Numbered from the stretch's first letter, positions 41,903-53,348 are shown. The stretch: 64,000 nt of DNA from an uncultured cyanobacterium (GCA_963744145.1 CAVUSO010000001.1:3808001-3872000), one strand, 5' to 3'. Translations and numbers: made by a program. Notes: generated by a model not told the origin, from the sequence alone.

Positions 41903-42550
41903 TTAGTCGGTAAGAGACAAGAGAGATACTTCCAGTTTATTCGCAATTCCTGCGATCCAGTTTTCATCTTGCTGAGTATAACTGCGGGGAGCATTAGCAC
42001 CTAAAATCATTGCTCCTTGATGACCAATAGGTTGACAGATCACACCTTGAGTATTTTCGGGTAAATAGTTAAATTCGATTTTGCCAGGATAAATTTTGAG
42101 ATCAACTAGATAGACTGGTTTTTGTTGATCTAATACTCGCTGTAAAATTTGACCTGGTTGGACATGGGCGTTAGGTCCCAAAATGCCCCGTCTTAAGAGG
42201 ACTTTTCCTTGATAATATATGACCAGCGATCGGGTGACTGTATTAGTTAGTAATAAATGGGAAGCCCAAGCTAGTTCGGTTTTCAGATTATCGGGTAATT
42301 CTGATGCTAGTTCAAATCCTTCTGCTCCAATTAAATTTACTATATCGGGCGATCGGGGTTGGACTCGTTGCCATAATAACCCAACTAAAATTAATACAGC
42401 ACTTAAAATCACCCCTAGTACATCGGAGCGAGATTGGGAGTTGGTTAGCTGAGGTGTGAAGGTGCGATTGATCAGTAATAGCACCCCTGCTAACCCACCA
42501 ACTACTATGGGGAGCAGTCGGAGAATTTGATTTGGATCTGATTTAGTCAT
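41903..42550 (-). CDS. CCB2/CCB4 family (cofactor assembly of complex C) protein
   Basis: Two TMs followed by ELAWASHLLLTNT and PG.IEF.YLP.NTQGVICQP. Confidence 0.8.
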   Translation of the reverse strand: MTKSDPNQILRLLPIVVGGLAGVLLLINRTFTPQLTNSQSRSDVLGVILSAVLILVGLLWQRVQPRSPDIVNLIGAEGFELASELPDNLKTELAWASHLLLTNTVTRSLVIYYQGKVLLRRGILGPNAHVQPGQILQRVLDQQKPVYLVDLKIYPGKIEFNYLPENTQGVICQPIGHQGAMILGANAPRSYTQQDENWIAGIANKLEVSLLSLTD

Positions 42551-42665
42551 GTTTATTGTTGCGATAAGGGCGCTGAAGCGCAACTACATACCTAAAAATA
42601 ATATATTTTCTTCTCTAACTGAACTGTATTTTATTATGGCGATCGCACCAATCTACCAACAAGCT

Positions 42666-43145
42666 TTAGTCATGCTCAAGATGCTGACCCGGAAAAAACT
42701 TAAAATCTAATATCTGCTCTAATTCATAAGGACATTTAGTTGGAAAAATCTCATAACTTAAGGATGTTTCTTGCACAGCCAAGTCTACTCCATCTTCAAA
42801 AGCTTTTTCTTTAGTTTCAGATAAATAAGGTTTCAAACTAGGATTTTCTTCAAGTATTTCAAGAATCCTGCGTCGCTGTTCTCGGATTGTACCAATCCAA
42901 CTGTTAGAACGGTGCGAAACCTGAAATTCCCATTTGAGCAAATGTCCTAATAAAATTCCTAAACGACTTCTTAATTTTTGGCGCTCTTGCTTACCCAAAG
43001 AATTAATCTCCTCCACTAAATTAGGAATATCTAAACTATTCCATGTGCCATTTTGTAAAAATCTAGCTTGTTCAATAGTCCAAACATAGAAATCAGTTTC
43101 GTATAGTTCAGAAGTTTTAGATACCTCTATTTTAATTTGGGTCAT
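42666..43145 (-). CDS. DUF29 family protein
   Basis: Motif LYETDFY.W..Q..LD..NL.EE..LL.HLLKW..PSLK. Confidence 0.9.
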   Translation of the reverse strand: MTQIKIEVSKTSELYETDFYVWTIEQARFLQNGTWNSLDIPNLVEEINSLGKQERQKLRSRLGILLGHLLKWEFQVSHRSNSWIGTIREQRRRILEILEENPSLKPYLSETKEKAFEDGVDLAVQETSLSYEIFPTKCPYELEQILDFKFFPGQHLEHD

Positions 43146-43376
43146 ATTGATCGCCTTTTTTAGATTTATTATGACTTAACTTAACACTTGAAAACTTTTG
43201 ATGAAACTACCATTATCAATTATTAAGTAGTTGGACATCAATAAACTAGCGCGATCGCCAGTTAATGGGAAAGATCCACTTCCCTGATCCTTAAACTTAA
43301 TGAAACTCAAAATATTTTTGGGTCAATCTGCGTTCAGAATGGTTTGAAAGAGTAACAGTGATGACAGTAAAAATTT

Positions 43377-45348
43377 ATGTCAGAGTCCACCATTGAATCG
43401 ATCCTGCAAGAAAAACGTCTATTCCCTCCCTCGGCTGAATTTTCCCAATCAGCCCACATCAAAAGTTTGGAGCAATACCACCAACTATGCGATCGCGCTA
43501 AAGCAGATCCCCAAGCATTTTGGGCTGAACTCGCTACCCAAGAGTTAGATTGGTTTCAAAAATGGGATCAAGTCCTCGACTGGCAACCACCTCATGCGAA
43601 ATGGTTTGTTGGTGGTAAACTGAATATTTCTTATAATTGCCTGGATCGACATCTAAAAACTTGGCGCAGAAATAAAGCTGCTTTAATTTGGGAAGGAGAA
43701 CCAGGAGATTCCCAGACTCTCACCTACGCTCAATTACATCGGGAAGTTTGTCAATTTGCTAATGTTTTAAAACAATTAGGAGTTCAAAAAGGCGATCGCG
43801 TGGGTATATATATGCCGATGATACCTGAAGCCGCGATCGCGATGCTGGCTTGTGCCCGGATTGGTGCTACTCATACAGTAGTTTTTGGGGGATTCAGCGC
43901 TGAAGCACTTAGCGATCGCTTAGTTGATGGACAAGTAAAGCTGGTCATCACCGCAGATGGTGGATACCGTAAGGATGCGATCGTTCCTCTGAAAGAGCAA
44001 GTAGACAAAGCTTTAGCTCACAGTACCGTCACCACCGTAAAAGATGTCCTAGTGGTACGTCGGACTAAACAGACAATTCACATGGAACCAGGACGTGATC
44101 ATTGGTGGGATGATTTACGTCAAGGTGTATCCGCTGATTGTCCCCCGGAACCGATGGATAGTGAAGACCTATTATTTATTCTCTATACCTCTGGTAGTAC
44201 CGGTAGACCCAAAGGTGTAGTCCATACTACTGGTGGCTACAATCTTTATAGCCATATCACCACTAAATGGATTTTTGATCTTCAAGATACTGATGTTTAT
44301 TGGTGTACTGCTGATGTCGGTTGGATTACAGGACATAGTTACATCGTTTATGGTCCGCTTTCCAACGGTGCTACCACCGTGATGTATGAAGGTGCCCCCC
44401 GTAATTCTAATCCCGGTTGTATGTGGGATGTAATTGAAAAATATGGCGTTAACGTCTTTTATACTGCACCAACTGCAATTCGCTCATTTATTAAAATGGG
44501 GGAACACCATCCCAAATCGCGCAATCTCTCATCTTTGCGCTTATTGGGAACTGTTGGTGAACCAATTAATCCAGAAACTTGGATGTGGTATTATCGAGTA
44601 ATTGGTGGTGAAAAATGTCCGATTGTTGATACTTGGTGGCAAACTGAAACTGGTGGGATTATGGTAACACCTTTACCAGGAGCGATTGCGACTAAACCTG
44701 GTTCTGCTACTCTACCATTCCCAGGTATTTTAGTTGATGTGGTTGATTTAGATGGCGATCCGGTTAAAGATAATGAAGGCGGTTATTTAGCGGTAAAATC
44801 TCCTTGGATCAGGGATGATGCGAACTGTCTATGGCGATCCAGAACGTTTCCGGACTACCTATTGGGAACATATTCCCCCCAAAGATGGGCAATATACCTA
44901 TTTTGCTGGAGATGGCGCTCGACGGGATGAAGATGGTTATTTTTGGGTGATGGGACGTGTTGATGATGTAATTAATGTCGCTGGTCATCGTTTAGGTTCA
45001 ATGGAAATTGAATCAGCTTTAGTATCTCACCCTGCGGTAGCTGAAGCGGCTGTGGTCGGTAAACCAGATGACGTGAAAGGGGAAGATATTTTTGCTTTTG
45101 TGATTTTAGAAGAAAAATATCATGCCAGTGAAGAATTGCAAAAAGAACTGAAAAAACACGTAGTCAACGAAATCGGGGCGATCGCACGTCCCGGAGAAAT
45201 TCGGTTTACTGATGCTTTACCGAAAACCCGCTCAGGTAAAATAATGAGACGTTTATTGCGATCGCTTGCTGCTGGTCAAGAAATTGCCGGGGATACCTCT
45301 ACCTTAGAAGACCGAACTGTATTAGACAAACTGCGGGAAGAGGTTTAA
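43377..45348 (+). CDS. acsA: Acetyl-CoA synthetase, with an apparent one-base frameshift near 44808
   Basis: Motifs [36 protein letters not shown] and [12 protein letters not shown]; the frame breaks inside the conserved PWPGMMRT motif. Confidence 0.9.
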
Positions 45349-45580
45349 TCTCAGATCAATTGATCCCAGTCCCCCTCTTTCATCAGGGGGACTAAGGGGG
45401 AGCAATCAATTAACTACACCAAATCAAATCAGATTATGGACAATAGCAAAACTGTCTATGATCTAGACCCTAATGGAGAAAAAACCAGTCTAATCAGTAA
45501 ATCTATCCCTACATCTTGCGTTCGTTGAAAGAAAAAGTGATAGGGTAAAGATTAATTTTCTCCCTTTGTCAGGTTTGGCC

Positions 45581-46351
45581 ATGCAAATCAAATCCCCAAA
45601 TCATCTGTTATCAATTCAACTTCCAATTTGGATTAGTCTCGGAATAATCCTTGGATGGTCACAATTGACGCTAGCTTTACCGCAAATAACCGAGTTAAAG
45701 GAAATCAAGATTGCTCAAGATTCAACTGCTGAACCTAGTCAAAAATCTGACAGTCAAGAAGTATTTTTTGAAATGAAGGGACATAAAATTAATCAGTGCA
45801 GACAGACAGGAAATACCACGACAAGAGAATGTAGAGAGATCGGCAGTGGCTATAAAATGGGGTTAAGAATTGGTAATGAACTCTATAGTCGCGGCAAAGT
45901 TGAGAATGCAGGAGAAATTTTTTACGAATTAGTTAAACAATATCCGAAAGAATCTGAAGCTCGCTATAAATTAGCAACGATTTATTACCGTTTGGGTCAA
46001 GCTGACGAAGCAATTAAGCAGTATCAGGAAACCATTCAGCTTAACCCAGAGCATGCTAAAGCTCGGAATGATTTAGCTGTGGTGATGGCCAATCAAGGTA
46101 ATCTTGGTGACGCAATTACTCTTTGGCGTGAAGCGATTAAAATTAATAGTGACTATGCAGAAGCTTTGAGCAATTTGGGACATGGTTTGTTACAACAAGA
46201 AGAACAGCAAGATCCATCGAAGCATGATCATACAATCAGAGATGAAGCGATCGCTGATCTCAAAAAAGCCTATGATATCTTTACTAAACAAGGCAGAAAG
46301 CAACCCGCTAATACTGTAGCTGAATATTTGCAACAGTTGGGTGTTCAGTAA
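45581..46351 (+). CDS. Exported TPR protein
   Basis: Signal-like N-terminus; TPR repeats such as ARYKLA.IY..LG and AIKINSDYAEALSNLG. Confidence 0.8.
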   Translation: MQIKSPNHLLSIQLPIWISLGIILGWSQLTLALPQITELKEIKIAQDSTAEPSQKSDSQEVFFEMKGHKINQCRQTGNTTTRECREIGSGYKMGLRIGNELYSRGKVENAGEIFYELVKQYPKESEARYKLATIYYRLGQADEAIKQYQETIQLNPEHAKARNDLAVVMANQGNLGDAITLWREAIKINSDYAEALSNLGHGLLQQEEQQDPSKHDHTIRDEAIADLKKAYDIFTKQGRKQPANTVAEYLQQLGVQ

Positions 46352-46360
46352 CTGGTAAAA

Positions 46361-46981
46361 TTAAGTAGCCACTAGCTGATTGAGCTGCACTTCACATTGC
46401 TGGAAAATATAGTTGACAGCCGCAAACAACTTATCTATTTCCTGGATCAAGAAGCGGTTATTGTTTCTCATAAAAACCGCTTTTTCCAGTTTGCCAAACT
46501 CCCAATCTTTACCATTAGAAACGATTCCAAATATGACAATCTGTAACTGATCATTAAGTCGCTGTGCTGCGACCATTTCCGCTAGACACTGTGCCCATCC
46601 TTCGTCAAATTTGTCTTGCTTGGCTTCAACTAATAAAAAATAAGGCTGTTCAAAGACAATTTTTCCCAAAGGCGATCGCTTGGCTAAGATATACTCAGGA
46701 AAACCGGAAAGATTCTGGTCATAAGTTAAGGATTGATGACTCCACAACACAAAATTGCTGCGATAGCACTTCCAAACTTCTTTCAGAACGGGATAAATCA
46801 AGTTTTCGCAAATGGCAAATTCTGAGTTATCAACTACCCCATCTTGCATTACTGTTGCTAAATCTTCTCGGAAATAATCTGGAATCCTAAACTGAGTTTC
46901 CTTCATGAAATTAGCTTCAGTATAGACAATCTGAAACTCTTTCAAAACTGCACTAATAGTTTTGTAATTACTGAAAGCCAT
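46361..46981 (-). CDS. Conserved cyanobacterial hypothetical protein (possible PD-(D/E)XK-like fold)
   Basis: LVEAK...GWAQCLAEMVAAQ and GIVSNG..WEFG pattern. Confidence 0.65.
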   Translation of the reverse strand: MAFSNYKTISAVLKEFQIVYTEANFMKETQFRIPDYFREDLATVMQDGVVDNSEFAICENLIYPVLKEVWKCYRSNFVLWSHQSLTYDQNLSGFPEYILAKRSPLGKIVFEQPYFLLVEAKQDKFDEGWAQCLAEMVAAQRLNDQLQIVIFGIVSNGKDWEFGKLEKAVFMRNNNRFLIQEIDKLFAAVNYIFQQCEVQLNQLVAT

Positions 46982-46993
46982 ATGGAAGTACGT

Positions 46994-47716
46994 TTACAGT
47001 CCTCCAAACCATTCATAACCCCGATCTTCCCAATAACCTTTTTTCTTAGTTAATTTACTAACTAACTTAATTTTAGTTACCCATTTACTTTGTTTATATC
47101 CTAACTTGATCGGAGCAGCTAAACGCAAAGGAGCGCCATTTTCAATTGGTAAAGGAGCGCCATTTTTTTGATAAACCATTAAAGTTTGAGGATGTAAAGC
47201 CGAATCAATATCCCAGCTTTCATAATAACCATCAGCCGAATAAAAATAAACGTAACGCGCTGCTGGTTTGGGTTGAACTAAGCTGATGATATCTCGCAAG
47301 CGCACTCCTCCCCATTGGACGATCGCTGACCAACCTTCTACACAAATATGACGAATCACCATCGAAGTTAAGGGCATTTTTTGCAGGTCAGACAAACTCA
47401 AATTCACCTCATGATCAACTTCCCCATAAACTTTTAACTTAAATGTGAGTGGATCAATAATCGGACTATCATTAAAACTATTGATAATCAAAGCATTTGG
47501 TTCGATCGCAGTAACGGGAAATTCCGGTACAGGTTTTTGCGGATTAAATATTAAAGATTCTACCTTTTCATTAATCGGTTCAAATGTTTTACTTACCAAA
47601 TTATCAAGGGGAGCAGAGCGACAAGCACCCAAAATCAGCCCCATGCTAGTCAGTCCAGATAACTGGAGAAATCGACGACGTAGCAAATAACGGGGAGGAA
47701 CTTCAATTAAACTCAT
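46994..47716 (-). CDS. Molybdopterin-dependent oxidoreductase (MsrP/YedY-like), with Tat/lipoprotein signal
   Basis: LRRRFLQ Tat motif, LGAC lipobox, HICVEGWS (Mo-binding Cys), GAPLRL..P.KLGYK..KW and GYWEDRGY. Confidence 0.88.
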   Translation of the reverse strand: MSLIEVPPRYLLRRRFLQLSGLTSMGLILGACRSAPLDNLVSKTFEPINEKVESLIFNPQKPVPEFPVTAIEPNALIINSFNDSPIIDPLTFKLKVYGEVDHEVNLSLSDLQKMPLTSMVIRHICVEGWSAIVQWGGVRLRDIISLVQPKPAARYVYFYSADGYYESWDIDSALHPQTLMVYQKNGAPLPIENGAPLRLAAPIKLGYKQSKWVTKIKLVSKLTKKKGYWEDRGYEWFGGL

Positions 47717-47726
47717 ATTATCCTGG

Positions 47727-48335
47727 TTACCAAAAAATCGACTTAATCATCCGCATTCCCCCGACATTAAAGCCAAATCGGGAGTGAAATACAGCAAAAA
47801 TTATTACAGTTGGGACAGTAATAAAATGCACAACTCTCAATGCTTGCCAACTACCAAATATCCCGACAATCCAAGGAAATTGAGCTGGTTTATACATCCC
47901 AATCCCAGTGAGTAAAGCTAGGAGCAAAACTGGCAGAATCGCTGTATAAATTAATCTATGTAGGGAATAATTTTTGCGTTTGGGGTTTTGGCTAGCTTTT
48001 AAAGCTTTTAAATCACCTCCACTCACAAATCGATTTTTCCAACGACGAGTAATCAACACATATAATCCATACCAGATCAGATTGAGAGCAAATAGCCACA
48101 TCGCCGCAAAATGCCAATGTCTACCACCACCCAACCAACCACCTAGTAAAAATATCGGTGGAAAATGCCAACCTCCACGTCCACCAAAAACTGGATTAGC
48201 GTTGTAAATTTGCAGTCCACTGGTAATCATTAACAAGAGACTAATAATATTCAGCCAGTGAAATATTTTTGCTGGCAGAGTCTGAGTTGGTTTACGTCCA
48301 GACTGGGGTTTTGGCGCAGAGTCAGATACAGTCAC
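47727..48335 (-). CDS. Cytochrome b/b6-type membrane partner (MsrQ-like role)
   Basis: Heme-ligand His residues in FHWLN..SGLQIYNA.P, RHWHFAAMW and RVVHF; four TMs. Confidence 0.85.
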   Translation of the reverse strand: MTVSDSAPKPQSGRKPTQTLPAKIFHWLNIISLLLMITSGLQIYNANPVFGGRGGWHFPPIFLLGGWLGGGRHWHFAAMWLFALNLIWYGLYVLITRRWKNRFVSGGDLKALKASQNPKRKNYSLHRLIYTAILPVLLLALLTGIGMYKPAQFPWIVGIFGSWQALRVVHFITVPTVIIFAVFHSRFGFNVGGMRMIKSIFW

Positions 48336-48572
48336 AATTAGTAACCCGCAGAAATTTAGAGGATTAAGCCAAACTAGAAACTAGAATTTTGACTAAAATT
48401 ATAGCACTAAACCCACCCCTAAATCGGGATGGGTTGGCAGTGAGATGATTATTTCTCAAAATTGAGGCAACTAATTGTTTTTGCTGGCATCATCAAGCAT
48501 CGTGCCCGATTGATCAATTATGCTCAGACAAAATCTTGATTAATGCTTCTTAGTTTTTATTGGGTACATTAA

Positions 48573-48935
48573 CTAGGGTTTAGTAGGTGTAGCACTAGGA
48601 CTGGACATAGCGCCAGGGGACATCGCACCACTAGGAGTGCCCTTCATGCCCTCATCCTTCTTCATCTTGCCCTCGTCCTTCTTGAGTTCTTTCTCATCCT
48701 TCTTTATCTTGCCCTCGTCCTTCTTGAGTTCTTTATCATCTTTTTTCATGGCATCGGGTTTACCCATCGCATCGGGTTTACCCATGGCATCTGGTTTAGG
48801 AGGAGCCCCTGCAGGAGCAACAGGAGGAGCTGGGGGCTTAGTGTCAGCTGCTGGTTTATCACCACCACCACCGCAAGAAGCCAAACCTAAAGTCAGAGCT
48901 AGACCAGTAATCAATAAAAGTGGTTTCCAGTTCAT
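48573..48935 (-). CDS. Met/Lys/Asp-rich low-complexity lipoprotein
   Basis: GAGG SD, lipobox LASC, and PDAM(G/K)K and KKDE repeats. Confidence 0.75.
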   Translation of the reverse strand: MNWKPLLLITGLALTLGLASCGGGGDKPAADTKPPAPPVAPAGAPPKPDAMGKPDAMGKPDAMKKDDKELKKDEGKIKKDEKELKKDEGKMKKDEGMKGTPSGAMSPGAMSSPSATPTKP

Positions 48936-49028
48936 ATCATTCCTCACCCGTTTTTTTGAGTATTTCTACTTTGTTAAGGATTGTATCACCATGTCAGAGT
49001 AATTCTTTCATGGTGTTTCTTCATTTAG

Positions 49029-49055
49029 TACGAATAGGTTGATATTTTGGATTCA
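49029..49055 (-). promoter_or_regulatory. Putative ECF (SigK-like) promoter TGAATCC-N16-CGTA
   Basis: Minus strand reads TGAATCC aaaatatcaacctatt CGTA, ~95 bp upstream of the lipoprotein ATG and next to the ECF gene. Confidence 0.6.
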
Positions 49056-49270
49056 CTTGCCCAAAAAAATTTTTGCCATTAGTGGTCAAAAGCTTAACCC
49101 AGAGAGAGTTAGGGAAATTTTCCACCACGACCACTACCACCAGGGCAAACATCCAATTAGTTAACTCAACCGTATTGAATATGAAATGCTTTTTTGCCAA
49201 AGCTGATCTCTTGTACCATGACTGGAATTGATTTCTACTTAATGGGAGTGGGTCTATTCTCTCTCTACCT

Positions 49271-49858
49271 ATGAACATTGAATCTCTCAATGATAGGCCA
49301 GCCGATCTCTTACTCCAGACTGATGCAGAGTTATTCTGTGCCTTAAAGGCTGGCCAATCGGCGGCCTTGGGAATTTTGTACGATCGCTATGCCAGTCTCG
49401 TGTATCGATTAGCTTTGAGGGTCTTGACTAATCATCAAGAAGCAGAAGACCTGACCCAAGAGATTTTCTTAACTCTGTGGCGTAGTAATACCTACAATCC
49501 AGATCGTGGATCTCTGGGCAGCTTTTTAACCACGCTAACTCGTTCTCGGGCGATCGATAAACTACGTTCTCGTGGTACTAACCGAAAATTCATCCAGCGT
49601 TGGCGGGATATGAACGTAGAAACTCCCCCACCAACTCCATTTGAGGAGGCTTCTTTAAGCCAACGCTCCCATTATGTTCGCGCCGCTCTAGCCCAGTTGC
49701 CCGAACATCAAAGACAGGTATTAGAAATGGCCTACTATGAGGGCCTGAGCCAATCAGAAATTTCTAAGCGATTAAATACACCTCTGGGAACAATTAAAAC
49801 CTGGGCTCGCCAAGGTTTATTAAAGCTCAGAAAACACTTACAGGACTTTATTGAATAG
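49271..49858 (+). CDS. ECF sigma factor (SigK-like)
   Basis: Motifs AL..LYDRY, AEDLTQEIF, RSRAIDKLR and YYEGLSQSEI..L..PLGTIKT. Confidence 0.92.
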   Translation: MNIESLNDRPADLLLQTDAELFCALKAGQSAALGILYDRYASLVYRLALRVLTNHQEAEDLTQEIFLTLWRSNTYNPDRGSLGSFLTTLTRSRAIDKLRSRGTNRKFIQRWRDMNVETPPPTPFEEASLSQRSHYVRAALAQLPEHQRQVLEMAYYEGLSQSEISKRLNTPLGTIKTWARQGLLKLRKHLQDFIE

Positions 49859-49864
49859 TTCATT

Positions 49865-50602
49865 ATGTCTGGGTCAGAACTTCCTCAAGGATTAGAAGAA
49901 TTAATTGCAGGTTATGTCCTCGGTAATCTCAGTTCTGAAGAAGCTGAGGAATTCAGGCAACTACTTGCAGCACATCCTGAACTCAGTACAGAGATAACTC
50001 TCTTGCAGGAAGTGCTGGGACTTATGCCTTATGCTTTACCCCAAGTAGCTCCTCCCCAGCATATCCGTGTTGCTGTTCTCGAAGCGGTTGATGATGTTGT
50101 GGGCGAAAACTATTCACCTCTTCGTCGTCGTTGGCCCTGGAAGAGAATTACTGCAAGTATTGCCGCAATTTTGGTGCTAGCGCTTAGTTTAGATAATTAT
50201 TTTCTGCGCCGACAACTGCGAATCATGCAGGTGCAAACTTTGCCCCAGAAAGATGTGATTTCCATGCTCAAAAATGCCAATACTCATTTAATCTCTCTCA
50301 AAGGGATGGATATGGCATCTGCGGCTTCTGGTAGTATTGTAATTACACCTGGGGAACAAGAAGCGGTTTTAGTGGTGCAAAATCTACCAGTTTTGCCGGA
50401 AGGTCAGTTTTATCAGCTTTGGGCGGTAGTTAATGGTGAAAAAATCTCTTGGGGTCAATTTAATACCAGTTCTCAAGGAACGGTTTTAATTAAACTTTCC
50501 ATTCCCCCTGTAACCGATGCAGCTCAATTAGTTTTTACAGTCGAAGTTTCTCCCGCACCTTGGCAACCAGATGGAGGAATGGTCATGACCAGTCAATTGT
50601 AA
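49865..50602 (+). CDS. RskA-family anti-sigma factor
   Basis: L.AGYVLG.L..EE N-terminus, a single TM, and YQLWA in the extracytoplasmic domain; directly follows the ECF gene. Confidence 0.88.
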   Translation: MSGSELPQGLEELIAGYVLGNLSSEEAEEFRQLLAAHPELSTEITLLQEVLGLMPYALPQVAPPQHIRVAVLEAVDDVVGENYSPLRRRWPWKRITASIAAILVLALSLDNYFLRRQLRIMQVQTLPQKDVISMLKNANTHLISLKGMDMASAASGSIVITPGEQEAVLVVQNLPVLPEGQFYQLWAVVNGEKISWGQFNTSSQGTVLIKLSIPPVTDAAQLVFTVEVSPAPWQPDGGMVMTSQL

Positions 50603-50615
50603 TGGGATTGAGAAT

Positions 50616-53348
50616 TTATTGATGAATAAAATTATCAATTAGTCTGAGAATGGCTTTATCTTCAAACTCTTGGGATAGCTCTAAAATTAGATGGCAAAAT
50701 TCACTATATTTTGGATCAAGTAATTTGATGCGATTGGCTTCCTGCTCCACTTGCTCAATATCACCCAAACTTGCTGCTTCTTGTAAAATCTTTAGCTCTT
50801 CATAAGCAGGAGCGATAATTTTTTTGTTAGCTTTTGATGGCTGTTGGTTTTCGATCCAATCCATCGCCACAATCCATTCTAATCCCAGTAAATCTTTGAC
50901 TTTCTCTAATAGCTGTAATAGGTTAATTGGTTTGGCAATAAATTCATTACTACCTGTTAAAAGCGATTGTTCTTGGTAATGGGAAAATACCCGTGCAGAT
51001 AAAGCAATTATGGGGATTTCTTTTAATTTTGGTGTCAGTCTGATTTGTCGGATCATTTCTAACCCATTCATTGATGGCATCGCTAAATCGGTGATAATTA
51101 AATCTGGATTGGCGATCGCTGCTTGTGCTAATCCCTCATTTCCATTCTTAGCTTCGATTAATTCAAATCCGATTGGTTTGAGCATTTGTGATAAAAGAAC
51201 CAGAGTTTCTTCTTGATCATCTACGACTAATATTTTCACTTCTTCTTTACCAGTAAAACCAATAATTGCTTCTGGTTTGAGAATTTTAATCGCTTCTAAC
51301 TCTGATTTGGGTAGTTCCAAATTTAACTCAAATGCAAAAATACTGCCCACATTCACCTGGGAATAAACTTCCAATTTAGATCCCATCATTTGCACAATTC
51401 TCTGACTAATAGAAAGTCCTAATCCGGTTCCTTCCATTTTCCGTTTGTTATCTCCTACCTGTTCAAATGGTAAAAAGATTTTTTCGATCTGTTCGGTAGT
51501 CATACCTACCCCAGTGTCTTCAATTTGAAACCTAATTTTTGCCATGATTTGTCCAAGTTCATTTTTCTGATGTACTCCTACTAAGATCACTTTGAAAGTT
51601 ACTGATCCCACATCGGTAAATTTAATCGCATTACCTAATAAGTTGATTAATACTTGTCGTAATCGCTTTTCATCAGTTCGGACATATTCTGGTAAAGAAG
51701 AAGAAAATTTATAGTGTAATAAAATATCTTTTTGCTCTGCTTTAATGCGACAAATCTCCGCAACACTCACCAGGAAATTAGCCAAGTATAAGTCAGTTTG
51801 ACAAAGTTCTAATTTTTGGGCTTCTATTTTCGCAATATCTAAAAGATCGTTAATGATATTTAACAAATGTGTCCCACTTTGATAAATAATATTGATGCCT
51901 TTTTTATCTGTTTGACTGATAGTTTGAGAGCGTTCCAGGATTTGAGCATAGCCTAAAATTCCATTGAGCGGTGTTCTCAATTCATGACTCATTAATGCGA
52001 GAAAATCACTTTTAGCTTGGTTAGCTGTATCTGCTGCTTTTTTGGCTATTTCTAATTCTGCGGTGCGTTCCCTAACTTTAATTTCTAGATTTTGGGAATA
52101 TTCTGCTAATTCTTGATTGGCTCTCTCTAATTGTTGATTGGCTTTTTTAAGTTGGAATTGATTATAGTAATTACTGGTTAAAATAGCCGAAAGATTAATC
52201 GCGATGATCGGAGAAAAAACTGGAATAACCCAACCTGTAAGAAAGAAAATGTAACTAATTAGCCAAACTAAGATGCTGGTGACAACAATACTGATAATTG
52301 GACTGATTAACAACGTACTAGTGGGGAAAAATTTCCGTTTTAATATACTCCAAGTTACCACTGTACTGCTGATTGACCACCATAAAATCCAACCTTGATT
52401 ATTCCATTTAGACCAGGGTTGGAGCTGATGACGACCATCTAAAGCCGCACTGAGAATCTGACTGGTCAGATTAGCATGAATAATTACACCAGAAGTCAAA
52501 ATGTTCTGATAGGGGATATAGAAAAGATCATTGAGACTAGGTGCTGTTACCCCAATTAAAACTATCCGATCGCGTAGGAAATTGGGGGGAATGCGGTTAT
52601 TTAAAACATCGGTCATGGATAAATTAAGAAAATTATTGAGATCACCGCGATAGTTCAACAAGATTTGGTATCCTCCCCGATCTTTAGCTACATAACCACC
52701 TTCATCTCCTTTTAATGGGAAAAAAATCGCCCGACCCAAACTAATTTTTTGCTGCACCCGATCGACTAATTTGCCTTCTATTCCTTTAGTTTTTAGATAC
52801 ATTAAGGACAGTTTTACCCCTAATCCTTGTTTGGGAGAAGATGCTCCTAGCGAGATTAAAGCTCGACGGACTTTAGTATCAGGATCAAGCAGAAGATCAA
52901 TCATTCCCACTTGTTTTTGTTTGGCTAAAATCGGTGCTGGTGCGATCGCTTCTGGTGTGACTTTTTCAATCCCAATTAGATTTGGGGTGGACTGATAAAG
53001 TTGGACTAGCTCTTGATATCCAGGTTCTACGGGTAAGTCGCGGTATAAATCTAACCCAATTGCGATTGGTTGTTGTACTTTAATTTTTTTAATTAACTGG
53101 GTTAAAATTTGATCGGACATTGGCCATTGTCCCACTCCTTTCACATCAGCTTCTCCGATCGTCACAATCACAATCCGTGGATCGATCGGTTCTGTGGGAC
53201 GTAGGCTAAAAAATTGGTCAATGGTATTCCATTCTAATAATTGCAGCACTCCTGTGAGGTTACTCAAAATTGTTGCTGCTCCCACAGTTACAGCAATAAC
53301 AAAAACACCTCCCCATTGTTGGAGCCATTTCTTGATTTCAATTGACAC
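50616..53348 (-). CDS. CHASE2-domain hybrid sensor histidine kinase
   Basis: CHASE2 motifs GQWP.SD and [10 protein letters not shown], TMs, [10 protein letters not shown], HATPase and REC. Confidence 0.92.
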   Translation of the reverse strand: MSIEIKKWLQQWGGVFVIAVTVGAATILSNLTGVLQLLEWNTIDQFFSLRPTEPIDPRIVIVTIGEADVKGVGQWPMSDQILTQLIKKIKVQQPIAIGLDLYRDLPVEPGYQELVQLYQSTPNLIGIEKVTPEAIAPAPILAKQKQVGMIDLLLDPDTKVRRALISLGASSPKQGLGVKLSLMYLKTKGIEGKLVDRVQQKISLGRAIFFPLKGDEGGYVAKDRGGYQILLNYRGDLNNFLNLSMTDVLNNRIPPNFLRDRIVLIGVTAPSLNDLFYIPYQNILTSGVIIHANLTSQILSAALDGRHQLQPWSKWNNQGWILWWSISSTVVTWSILKRKFFPTSTLLISPIISIVVTSILVWLISYIFFLTGWVIPVFSPIIAINLSAILTSNYYNQFQLKKANQQLERANQELAEYSQNLEIKVRERTAELEIAKKAADTANQAKSDFLALMSHELRTPLNGILGYAQILERSQTISQTDKKGINIIYQSGTHLLNIINDLLDIAKIEAQKLELCQTDLYLANFLVSVAEICRIKAEQKDILLHYKFSSSLPEYVRTDEKRLRQVLINLLGNAIKFTDVGSVTFKVILVGVHQKNELGQIMAKIRFQIEDTGVGMTTEQIEKIFLPFEQVGDNKRKMEGTGLGLSISQRIVQMMGSKLEVYSQVNVGSIFAFELNLELPKSELEAIKILKPEAIIGFTGKEEVKILVVDDQEETLVLLSQMLKPIGFELIEAKNGNEGLAQAAIANPDLIITDLAMPSMNGLEMIRQIRLTPKLKEIPIIALSARVFSHYQEQSLLTGSNEFIAKPINLLQLLEKVKDLLGLEWIVAMDWIENQQPSKANKKIIAPAYEELKILQEAASLGDIEQVEQEANRIKLLDPKYSEFCHLILELSQEFEDKAILRLIDNFIHQ

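Noticed and set aside
45366..45401. GC-rich inverted repeat after acsA as an intrinsic terminator
   Set aside because: No U-tract follows; it looks like a common cyanobacterial CCCCC..GGGGG dispersed repeat, so no function is assigned.
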